Assembly: GCA_946999385.1 (NCBI GenBank)
Contig: CAMQCZ010000001.1
Location: forward strand, 26,164-90,163
DNA length: 64,000 bases
Reading direction: 5' to 3'
From: an uncultured Lachnoanaerobaculum sp.
GTDB taxonomy: Bacteria > Bacillota > Clostridia > Lachnospirales > Lachnospiraceae
This document shows, piece after piece, positions 1 through 7,112 of this stretch. Below the pieces are notes generated by a model. It was not told the DNA's origin. It saw only the letters and a list, made by a program, of their open reading frames with translations, and did no database searches. The position numbers were made by a program, and so were the translations under genes. Within the stretch, counting starts at the first letter, position 1. The number at the start of each line of letters is the position of its first letter.

Positions 1-456
1 GAAAGAGATACATATGACTATTGCTTATTTAAGCAGGCAAAAAAAAGAAAAATTCCAATTTTAGGCATATGTAGAGGAATACAAGTAATAAATACTTGTG
101 AAGGCGGAACTCTATATCAAGATTTGTCTTATATAGAAAATGGATCTGTTTATAAACATTTTCAAGGTCATGGACCTACAATCAGAACCCATGGAATAAA
201 TATTGAAAATGACTCATTGTTATATGAAATTTTAAAAACAAATAAAACCACAGTAAATTCTTTTCACCATCAAGCATTAAAATCTGTTCCTAAAGAATAT
301 AAAGTGATTGCAAAGGCCGGCGACGGTGTTATAGAAGCTATTCAGGCTAAGGATTATCCTTTTATTTTAGGTCTTCAATGGCATCCTGAGATGCTATTTA
401 GTACAAATGAGGATATGAATGAAATATTTAAATTTTTTATAAATAAAGCAAAATAA
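1..456 (+). CDS. Class I glutamine amidotransferase-like / gamma-glutamyl-GABA hydrolase (peptidase C26) family protein. C-terminal part only; the 5' end lies outside the window.
   Basis: Frame 1 is open from nt 1 (ERDTYDYCLFKQAKKRKIPILGICRGIQVIN...). It has the Cys nucleophile motif 'ILGICRGIQ' and the 'GLQWHPE' His/Glu motif typical of PuuD/C26 amidotransferases. Confidence 0.7.
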   Translation, partial: ERDTYDYCLFKQAKKRKIPILGICRGIQVINTCEGGTLYQDLSYIENGSVYKHFQGHGPTIRTHGINIENDSLLYEILKTNKTTVNSFHHQALKSVPKEYKVIAKAGDGVIEAIQAKDYPFILGLQWHPEMLFSTNEDMNEIFKFFINKAK

Positions 457-473
457 TTTTAAGGAGATTAAAA

Positions 474-1847
474 ATGGAAAATAAAACTAAAATGAAATTT
501 TGGTCTATTGTTCTTTTAACTATCAATTCAATTATAGGAACCGGTATATTCCTGACACCCGGTAGTGTTGCAAACTCATCAGGTGCTTTGGCTCCATTAA
601 TTTATATAGCTGCCGCTATATTTGCCTGTGTGCTTGCTGTAACATTTGCTTCAGCCTCAAAATATGTAAATAAAAATGGAGCAGCCTATGCTTATTCAAA
701 AGCCGCTTTCGGTGAAAATGTAGGACTTTATGTTGGAATAACAAGATTTGTAGCTGCAAGTATAGCCTGGGGGGTTATGGCAACTGCTGTTGTTAAAACT
801 ACTTGTAAAATTTTTTCTATAGGTCTTGATAAAGATGGAAATATTTCCTTTGCTACAATAACAATAGGCTTTCTATTACTTATTATAATTTTATTAATTA
901 TAAATTTAATAGGAACTAAAGTATTAACAATTATAAGTAATATATCTACCTTAGGTAAAATGCTTGCACTTATAATAACAATAGTAGTTGGTATTTTATT
1001 ACTTTTAATTACACATAAAAATAATTTTAACTTAATATACGAAGTGAAACAAAATTTAGAATTGGATAGTATAGGATTAGTTACATCCATAATAGCTGCT
1101 TTTTATGCTTTCACAGGCTTTGAAAGTGTTGCAAGTGGAGCCTCTGATATGGAAAACCCTGAAAAAAATTTGCCAAAAGCTATACCTTTAGCTATCGGTA
1201 TAATAGCTTTAATTTATTTTGGAATTGTATTTGTAGCTATGTGCATTAATCCGGTTGCTTTAGTAGAATCAAAGGAAGTTGTTGTTTTAGCTGCGATATT
1301 TGATAATTCTATTATTTCAAATATTATTATTTATGGTGCCTTAGTATCTATGTTCGGTATAAATGTTGCTGCCTCTTTCCATACTCCACGTATTGCCGAA
1401 GCTATGGCAAGAGAAAAACAAATACCACAAATATTTAATAAAAGAACTTCAAATGATGTTCCATTAAATTCTTTCATATTAACGGCAATATTTGCTATTA
1501 TTATACCTATGGCTTTTACGTATGATATGAAAGGAATAATGATAATAAGCTCAATATCACGTTTTGTACAATTTCTAGTTGTTCCTATTTGTGTTATATT
1601 ATTTTATTATGGAAAAAATAAAGAAAAAATCTTGGATGCAAAAAAGAATTTTATTACTGATGTTGTATTTTCAATAATTTCGCTTATTTTAACTATACTT
1701 CTATTAAGATTTTTTGATTGGAAAAAACAATTTTCTACAACAATTAATGGCGAATTATCTCCAAACTGGTATGCAATAATTGCTATGCTTATAGGATATA
1801 TTATTTTCCCTGCTATATTATTTATTACAAAAAAGAAAAATAAATAA
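474..1847 (+). CDS. Amino acid permease (APC superfamily transporter)
   Basis: 457 aa with about 12 predicted TM segments. N-terminal 'GTGIFLTPG' and 'FTGFESVA' motifs are typical of the APC amino acid/polyamine transporter family. RBS 'aaggaga' lies 7 nt upstream. Confidence 0.75.
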   Translation: MENKTKMKFWSIVLLTINSIIGTGIFLTPGSVANSSGALAPLIYIAAAIFACVLAVTFASASKYVNKNGAAYAYSKAAFGENVGLYVGITRFVAASIAWGVMATAVVKTTCKIFSIGLDKDGNISFATITIGFLLLIIILLIINLIGTKVLTIISNISTLGKMLALIITIVVGILLLLITHKNNFNLIYEVKQNLELDSIGLVTSIIAAFYAFTGFESVASGASDMENPEKNLPKAIPLAIGIIALIYFGIVFVAMCINPVALVESKEVVVLAAIFDNSIISNIIIYGALVSMFGINVAASFHTPRIAEAMAREKQIPQIFNKRTSNDVPLNSFILTAIFAIIIPMAFTYDMKGIMIISSISRFVQFLVVPICVILFYYGKNKEKILDAKKNFITDVVFSIISLILTILLLRFFDWKKQFSTTINGELSPNWYAIIAMLIGYIIFPAILFITKKKNK

Positions 1848-1882
1848 ATCAGAAAATTAAAAATGATATATAAATAAAAATT

Positions 1883-1932
1883 AAAATACCTCTTTAATTT
1901 AGTTTTCATATCTAAATTTATTGAGGTATTTT
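1883..1932 (+). terminator. Long inverted repeat / putative intrinsic terminator after the permease gene
   Basis: AAAATACCTC ... GAGGTATTTT 10-bp arms with a nested TAATTTAG/CTAAATTA inner repeat, followed by a T-rich stretch. Confidence 0.4.
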
Positions 1933-1982
1933 AATTTTTATATAATTAATAGAATAAATAAAAAACCTTGTAAATGGCTTAA

Positions 1983-2011
1983 ATACGTACTTTTTGTTAT
2001 TAATTTGTTAT
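1983..2011 (+). repeat. 29-nt near-identical repeat, copy 1 (copy 2 at 58202..58230)
   Basis: atacgtaCTTTTTGTTATTAATTTGTTAT versus atacttgCTTTTTGTTATTAATTTGTTAT. The 22-nt core is identical and both copies sit just 3' of a plus-strand gene. Confidence 0.5.
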
Positions 2012-2036
2012 TATTAAATCTAAAAAAATCGTTTTT

Positions 2037-2468
2037 TTATGCAAATAGGTGTATCTTTTTATATGCCTCTATGAGTCCGTCTATATTTTTAGCACACCCT
2101 TTTTCGTCAAATTCAAACCTTTCAATCCCACCTTGCTTATAAATTAAATAATCAGGGTCTTTAACTCCCTGATTCATAAGCTCTGTTTTTAGCTTAAAGG
2201 TATTTTCCTTTAAAATATTTTCGCTTTTTAAAGCCTCAATTCTTTCTTCATATTCTTTTATCTTTGACTGTAGGCTTTTATTATCCGTGCTTTGTTTTTT
2301 AAGTCCTTCAATAGTTTTATCTGCAAGTCCTATTTTTTCATCATATTCACTTACCTTGCTATCATAATCAGATTTTAAAACAAGCTTGGCTTTTAACTTT
2401 TCCACTACTTCATCTGTAGCATTTTCTCCTAATATTTCTTCTATTATTTCTTTTAGGGTCTTTTTCAT
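2037..2468 (-). CDS. Phage scaffolding-like protein (GP20 / minor structural protein-like); prophage remnant
   Basis: 143 aa, acidic and coiled-coil rich (EIIEEILGENATDEVVEKLKAKL...EYEERIEALKSEN), which resembles Firmicutes phage scaffold proteins. Strong RBS AAAGGAGGAAAAA-ATG. It lies next to the gp7-type head genes. Confidence 0.5.
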   Translation of the reverse strand: MKKTLKEIIEEILGENATDEVVEKLKAKLVLKSDYDSKVSEYDEKIGLADKTIEGLKKQSTDNKSLQSKIKEYEERIEALKSENILKENTFKLKTELMNQGVKDPDYLIYKQGGIERFEFDEKGCAKNIDGLIEAYKKIHLFA

Positions 2469-2644
2469 TTTTTCCTCCTTTCCATAATTTTATCCATAAT
2501 TTAAACTCATATAAATCTCCCAACCTGTAGAACGGTTCAGCTCTCGCCTTGTTTTCTTCTTTGGTTACTTTAACAATTGCTATACCTGCTGTTGGATCGT
2601 GGTAGCCCTCACTATTTAAGTATCTCAATTAGACTCCTTTCTGC

Positions 2645-2690
2645 AACAAAAAACAGCCTTCTGAATTTCTTCAGAAAAGCTGTTTTTTAT
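2645..2690. terminator. Bidirectional rho-independent terminator
   Basis: AAAAAACAGCCTTCTGAA-TTTC-TTCAGAAAAGCTGTTTTTT: 6-bp plus 7-bp stem with an internal loop, flanked by an A-run and a T-run. Confidence 0.6.
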
Positions 2691-2755
2691 AAATTATATT
2701 TTGAATCTTAAATGACTTTTTCAAGATATTTGTTCAGAATGATATCATTCTAAAA

Positions 2756-3106
2756 CTAATCTAATTTTTCTTCCCGTTTCTGCTCTTTTCTCATCTTTTC
2801 TCTTAATTTTTCAATTGAACAGTCATATATAAAACTTTGTTCCCTATCTGTTAAAAGATGAAATGGCGACTCAATCTCGAAATGATCTTCAGTTACATCG
2901 GAATTAAAGCTTTCTTCAGAGCGTTCCCAAAAGTCAAACCCTAATCTTTTATTTATACTTTCCATTATTAGTTCTTTTTCCTCATCTGTTAAAAGATAAA
3001 ACGGCGACTCAATCTCAATGTCAATGTCAGGGTTATAGAAGCTTTCTTTATAACGCTCATAGTAGTCAAAACCTAATCTTTTATTTATCTTTTCCCAAAT
3101 ATCCAT
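2756..3106 (-). CDS. Small acidic protein with internal tandem duplication of an 'INKRLGFD[YF]...ESPF[YH]LLTD[ER]E' module; putative immunity/inhibitor protein for the RadC-like JAB module
   Basis: Residues 1-55 and 56-110 are two copies of the motif found in the 63-aa protein at 3501..3692. It sits immediately downstream of a truncated RadC-like module, the arrangement seen for polymorphic-toxin immunity genes. Confidence 0.5.
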   Translation of the reverse strand: MDIWEKINKRLGFDYYERYKESFYNPDIDIEIESPFYLLTDEEKELIMESINKRLGFDFWERSEESFNSDVTEDHFEIESPFHLLTDREQSFIYDCSIEKLREKMRKEQKREEKLD

Positions 3107-3112
3107 ATTTTT

Positions 3113-3379
3113 TTAGAACCTCCTAATTATTACACCGAACTCTTTTTCTATTTTGTCGAAAAAATCTTTTATATTTTTATATAAGCCTGTGTAAAATCGT
3201 TTGCATCTCAAATCATAAGAATACCACATACAGCTATCTATCTTTTTCTTAACTTCATATTTATAAATATCCCCGTTATGACAAGCAATCAAGCCGTATT
3301 TGTACCCTCTTCTATAAGATGATATAAACATAATAATTTTTATTAGAATATTGTAAATCTTATCATTTTTATTATTCAT
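3113..3379 (-). pseudogene. Truncated orphan copy of the RadC-like JAB module C-terminus; lacks the HNHP metal-binding motif
   Basis: 88-aa ORF. '...YRRGYKYGLIACHNGDIYKYEVKKKIDS...YFKKIEKELG' aligns with the C-terminal 70 aa of the 3697..4422 protein (AAYDRKYKYGLIACHNGDIYKYTV...), and the DNA is similar. The N-terminus is unrelated, so this is a cassette remnant. Confidence 0.45.
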
Positions 3380-3500
3380 AAAAACACCACTTTTCTTTAT
3401 TTATCATCTACCCCTATTTCTTCATTTATAATACTCCTATAGTAAGAAGGTCTCAATATTCTTAATATATCCATTATGATGGCTATATTTATACTAAGTA

Positions 3501-3692
3501 TTAAATATTTAAGTATCCTTTTTCTTTCCAATCTCTCTCTAAAAAATCACACTCTTCATCTGTTAATAATCTCCAAGGCTCATTGCTTAAATCATCATAC
3601 TCAAATCTATGCTCTTTATAATATTTGTGCATATATTCCATATAGTCAAATCCTAATCTCCTATTAATACTTTCATAACTAACCATAAACAA
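3501..3692 (-). CDS. Small acidic 'RRLGFDY...LLTDEE' protein; putative cognate immunity/inhibitor of the adjacent RadC-like JAB module
   Basis: 63 aa. It shares the INRRLGFDY...W/F..LLTDEE motif with the duplicated protein at 2756..3106 and lies 5 nt downstream of the RadC-like module gene. Confidence 0.5.
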   Translation of the reverse strand: MFMVSYESINRRLGFDYMEYMHKYYKEHRFEYDDLSNEPWRLLTDEECDFLERDWKEKGYLNI

Positions 3693-3696
3693 TCTC

Positions 3697-4422
3697 CTAT
3701 AATTTTTCTAATACGATGCCCAATTCCTTTTCTATCTTTTTGAAATAATTTCTATGGTTATTATATTCTTTGGTATAAAAATATTCAAGTTTTTTAGTAT
3801 AAATATGAATTATCATATCGTTTATTTCTCTATTTACTGTGTACTTATAAATATCTCCATTATGGCAAGCAATTAACCCATACTTATACTTTCTATCATA
3901 AGCTGCAAATATATCTCCACCACTTGGCATAGTACTCTCTGGATGATTATGTGTAGCTATTATACTATAATCTTCAGAATTATTTATCATTTTATACATT
4001 TTCTTAGATGGTAATACTTTTGATTTTTCTTTATAATCTGTTCTTTTTAGCATTTTACCAGTCTTAGAATTTATAAAAACTAAATCTTCATACATAGTAC
4101 CATTTCTGTGTTCTAATATATTTATACATTCATTTTTAATAACTCTTGTTAATTCCTTACTTTCTTCCAAACTAAATATTTTTCTATCGTAAGCATTAGA
4201 ATATATTTTCTTTTTATTTATCTGTGTTTTTCTATTTATTCCCTTATGACTTAATTCTTTTTCAAGATTTATAACTTTCTCTTTCCACTCAGCATAGTTC
4301 ATTGTACTAGGCACATCTATGTATTCACCATTTTCATCCCTTGCTACTCTTGTATCTCCCTCTTCCAGTTCAAAGTAAGGCACAATTGTACATCTGCAGA
4401 GTGGATGAAATGTTGACAACAA
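3697..4422 (-). CDS. Orphan cassette: a phage gp7 (Phage_Mu_F) 'HPLCRC' segment fused to a RadC-like JAB/MPN metalloprotein domain. It has no ATG or RBS and sits directly behind a terminator.
   Basis: The N-terminal 50 aa (FHPLCRCTIVPYFELEEGDTRVARDENGEYIDVPSTMNYAEWKEKV) are about 85% identical to residues 150-200 of the 5550..6731 protein. The C-terminus carries the RadC-family signature 'ATHNHPESTMPSGGD' (HNHP...PS..D). The only available start is a TTG, right after the hairpin at 4421..4446. Confidence 0.55.
   Translation of the reverse strand: MLSTFHPLCRCTIVPYFELEEGDTRVARDENGEYIDVPSTMNYAEWKEKVINLEKELSHKGINRKTQINKKKIYSNAYDRKIFSLEESKELTRVIKNECINILEHRNGTMYEDLVFINSKTGKMLKRTDYKEKSKVLPSKKMYKMINNSEDYSIIATHNHPESTMPSGGDIFAAYDRKYKYGLIACHNGDIYKYTVNREINDMIIHIYTKKLEYFYTKEYNNHRNYFKKIEKELGIVLEKL
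4272..4415 (-). repeat. About 140-bp direct repeat (copy B), 95% identical to 6140..6283 (gp7 'HPLCRC' coding segment)
   Basis: By-eye alignment gives 7 mismatches over about 138 nt (ctctttccactcagcatagttcattgtac[c/t]aggcacatctatg...catctgcagagtggatgaaatg). Identity ends exactly where the ART and RadC payloads begin. Confidence 0.75.
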
Positions 4423-4446
4423 AAAAGCACCCTTAGGTGCTTTTTT
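4421..4446 (-). terminator. Rho-independent terminator ending the gp7-ART / 88-aa / ARH operon
   Basis: AAAAAAGCACC-CTTA-GGTGCTTTTTT: GC-rich 5-bp stem with an A6/T6 flank, 8 nt after the ARH stop codon. Confidence 0.65.
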
Positions 4447-4453
4447 AATATTT

Positions 4454-5275
4454 TTACATGAATAAATATCTATCTATTTTATTTATTTTTATTTTTTCTA
4501 TCCATTTCTTCGGTATCCCCTCGTAACCGTAAATAATACCGGCTAAGCCCCCGGTTACTGCCGCCGTTGTATCTGTATCATCACCTAAGCTTACAGCTTT
4601 TAAAACTGCCTCTTCATATTTATTTGTTTTTAATAGACACCACATGCTAGCCTCTAAAGTATGGATAACGTATCCTGTAGAAAATATATTATCTTCTGAA
4701 ATATCGTCCATGTATTTTAGCCTTTTAAAATACTCGCTAACATTCATACAATTTAAAATCTCTGATAAGTTGTTACCTTGTAACAACTGTTTTGCTATTT
4801 TTATGTATATTCTACAAGCCTCCTTTGAGATATCGTGCCCATGTGTTATTGCTGAAACTTCATCTATTTCATTATTATCCACGTCACAAAAGGCTAAGGG
4901 TAATATCCTCATTAAAGAACCGTTACCATTAGCATTAATATCATTTATGCCCTTGCGATTTTTTATAGCTTGATACGTTGTGTTTCCACAGTCAAAAACA
5001 GAACCGTTTGAAGTATATTTACCTTGGTATAACCAATATCTAAATCTCTTCTTTATATCATAAATATTTACTCTCTTGTTATTAACTTTTAGAGAATCAC
5101 ACAAAGCCAAAGTCATACTTGTATCATCTGACCATGTGCCTATTGGCTGATTATGAGTCCCATAACCTATCATATCATTGACAGAGAAACTTCCTCTTTT
5201 TTTAAATTCAAATGGAACGCCTAAGGCATCTCCTACAGCTAATCCATATATTGCCGCTTTTAACTTATCTTTCAT
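4454..5275 (-). CDS. ADP-ribosylglycohydrolase (ARH/DraG family); putative antidote to the upstream ADP-ribosyltransferase
   Basis: N-terminal 'AAIYGLAVGDALGVPFEF', 'WSDDTSM', and C-terminal 'GDDTDTTAAVTGGLAGIIYG' are the three signature metal-binding motifs of the ARH family (DraG/ARH3/Tri1). Confidence 0.85.
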   Translation of the reverse strand: MKDKLKAAIYGLAVGDALGVPFEFKKRGSFSVNDMIGYGTHNQPIGTWSDDTSMTLALCDSLKVNNKRVNIYDIKKRFRYWLYQGKYTSNGSVFDCGNTTYQAIKNRKGINDINANGNGSLMRILPLAFCDVDNNEIDEVSAITHGHDISKEACRIYIKIAKQLLQGNNLSEILNCMNVSEYFKRLKYMDDISEDNIFSTGYVIHTLEASMWCLLKTNKYEEAVLKAVSLGDDTDTTAAVTGGLAGIIYGYEGIPKKWIEKIKINKIDRYLFM

Positions 5276-5293
5276 ATTTATACCTTGTAATAT

Positions 5294-5560
5294 CTATAAA
5301 CCAAACTTCAAAATATACTCTAGCCTTGTTATCCCATAATCTGGACACTCACTCATTATATTAGATAAATCAAAAATTCTTTTTATCTCATATAGCCATC
5401 TTTGATTTTCTATACCTAAAATTTGACTAGGTAACTGACTTTCAAAATATATTCTTCTTTCTCTTAGTTCACTTTTAGTATAACTTTTACTTTTTAACTT
5501 ACCACTTTTATAATCTTTCATCTTAGTCTTTAATAATATCATTTCTTCATTACTGTTCAT
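5294..5560 (-). CDS. Hypothetical 88-aa protein encoded between the ART toxin and the ARH genes
   Basis: The ORF track starts it at TTG 5569. The ATG at 5560 has a GAGG RBS 8 nt upstream. I see no recognisable motifs. It overlaps the toxin gene's 3' end, so it is translationally coupled. Confidence 0.45.
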   Translation of the reverse strand: MNSNEEMILLKTKMKDYKSGKLKSKSYTKSELRERRIYFESQLPSQILGIENQRWLYEIKRIFDLSNIMSECPDYGITRLEYILKFGL

Positions 5561-6731
5561 AAAATTCAACCTCTAATTCATTATCTGTCATATTCAAAAT
5601 TTTATACTTTTGATTTCTATGTAACAAAAACTCTTTTTCAGATTTATACTCTGAATAATCACCTAAATAGAAGCCTTTCGTATCTTTAGTAGCTTTTATA
5701 AGTATCTTGTAATCCGAGTCGAAATCATCAGCAATCTCTCTACTTATGCTAGTACTTTTATATGTATTAATAGTATCTGTGTTTTTCCAACTCTCAAATT
5801 CTTCAAAACTAACTCCACGATATAAAGTCAAATTACCTCCCAAAGTATTTCTTGATAATGCTTTATCTATTTCTTCTATTCTTTGTATAGTTTTATTAAA
5901 AACTATATCATCATCTTCATATAAAGCATTTCTCAAATACCTGTTTGTTATACCATAATCATCGCCTGAATATTCTTGTATAGCTTCTTTTTCACTATCT
6001 AGCATACTATACCAAAATTCTGTACTTCGTTTTTTTAGTTTTTCCTCTATATTGCTATCGACTGTTTTGTACTCAATACTTGGTTTAATTTCTTTAATTT
6101 CTTTATCTTCTATTTTACCACTTTTGTTTTTCTTTTCAATAACTTGCTCTTTCCACTCAGCATAGTTCATTGTACCAGGCACATCTATGTATTCATCATT
6201 TTCATCCCTTACTACTCTTGTATTTCCCTCTTCCGGTTCAAAATAAGGCACAATTATACATCTGCAGAGTGGATGAAATGGTGGCAGGAGGTTCGTATCA
6301 TTTATTTTTACCCTCTTACCGTCTTTTTCACCACAGGTAGCACAGGTTTTACTATCCAAAGTTCCAAGTATTTCATATTCTTCTATGTCGTCTTCTTTGT
6401 AGCCGTCAAGTGTTGCCCTATTTGTTAAAAAAGAGCTTTCAGTATGTAAAAGCCTGTAAGCTTCAAAGGCTTTAACTTTAAATTTTTTTGCAAAGTCTTT
6501 TTTAAGCTCGTTAGGGTGCTTTCCTTGTACCAACATAAGGGTCAGGTTTTCACTCAGTGCTTGCATTAAGTAGTCCTTTTGCTTCCATAGCCTCGTGCTA
6601 AAATTCGCACCATTAAAGGGGTAGTCAATAAGCTTTTGAATACTTTTATAATCTAAAGTACTTAAGCCTCTTGAATACCCCTTATATTGTCTATTGTGTT
6701 GCATTGCCACTGATGATATACTAATCAGCAA
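5550..6731 (-). CDS. Phage head-morphogenesis (SPP1 gp7 / Phage_Mu_F)-like N-terminal region fused to a C-terminal R-S-E class ADP-ribosyltransferase toxin domain (C3/iota/VIP2-like). The 5' end appears frameshifted: the ATG with RBS at 6757..6759 is in another frame.
   Basis: The gp7-type 'FHPLCRC' motif is at residues about 153-159. The C-terminus has 'LTLYRG' (Arg), 'KSTSISREIA' (STS) and 'SEKEFLLHRNQKYKI' (ExE), and the last of these is near-colinear with C3 exoenzyme 'EYEVLLNHGSKFKI'. The ORF-track start is a TTG with no SD. Confidence 0.8.
   Translation of the reverse strand: MLISISSVAMQHNRQYKGYSRGLSTLDYKSIQKLIDYPFNGANFSTRLWKQKDYLMQALSENLTLMLVQGKHPNELKKDFAKKFKVKAFEAYRLLHTESSFLTNRATLDGYKEDDIEEYEILGTLDSKTCATCGEKDGKRVKINDTNLLPPFHPLCRCIIVPYFEPEEGNTRVVRDENDEYIDVPGTMNYAEWKEQVIEKKNKSGKIEDKEIKEIKPSIEYKTVDSNIEEKLKKRSTEFWYSMLDSEKEAIQEYSGDDYGITNRYLRNALYEDDDIVFNKTIQRIEEIDKALSRNTLGGNLTLYRGVSFEEFESWKNTDTINTYKSTSISREIADDFDSDYKILIKATKDTKGFYLGDYSEYKSEKEFLLHRNQKYKILNMTDNELEVEFYEQ
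6140..6283 (-). repeat. About 140-bp direct repeat (copy A), 95% identical to 4272..4415
   Basis: See copy B. It lies inside the expressed gp7-ART gene, immediately upstream of the ART payload. Confidence 0.75.
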
Positions 6732-6880
6732 ATCTTTTTTGTCTTAATGTTAATTTCATATCATCAGTCTCCTTTCTGTAAAATATAGCCTTATTTTTGC
6801 ATTTAATCCTTTAGCCATAGTTTTATACCTAAAAATTGTTTTCGATTAAAATATGACTGTCAGGCTTTAAATTTCAAGCA

Positions 6881-6912
6881 ACAAAAAAGACAAGAAGTTT
6901 AGTTCTTGTCTT
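6881..6912 (-). terminator. Rho-independent terminator downstream of tsaD
   Basis: GACAAGAA-GTTTAG-TTCTTGTC perfect 8-bp stem, followed on the minus strand by TTTTTTGT. Confidence 0.6.
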
Positions 6913-7112
6913 TAAAACAATCAGGAGGTTTAACTTGCCATTTCATACATTTTACATTATAGCACATCTTGACAATAAAATTTTTTTATTTTTAAATATG
7001 TGTCCTATGCTTTAAAATTTTGTATATATTTGGATAGCTATAATGCAGTCTTAATGCAATATCTTTTATGCTTAAATCAGCTATATAATAATATATTATA
7101 TGATATTCATTT

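Noticed and set aside
2410-2628. 72-aa ORF (MRYLNSEGYHDPTAGIAI...) overlapping the start of the scaffold-like gene
   Set aside because: It overlaps the well-supported scaffold gene in another frame, has no RBS and a Lys/Arg-rich nonsense tail. It is probably a remnant or a chance ORF.
3476-6428. Plus-strand ORFs 3476..3667, 4644..4973, 5746..5958, 6144..6428 in the island
   Set aside because: All are antisense to minus-strand genes that have clear motif support (ARH, ART, RadC-like). None has an RBS and all are low-complexity.
6960-7000. Plus-strand TTGACA...TAAATAT promoter-like sequence
   Set aside because: There is no plus-strand gene downstream, only tsaD on the minus strand. It is probably a chance match in AT-rich DNA.
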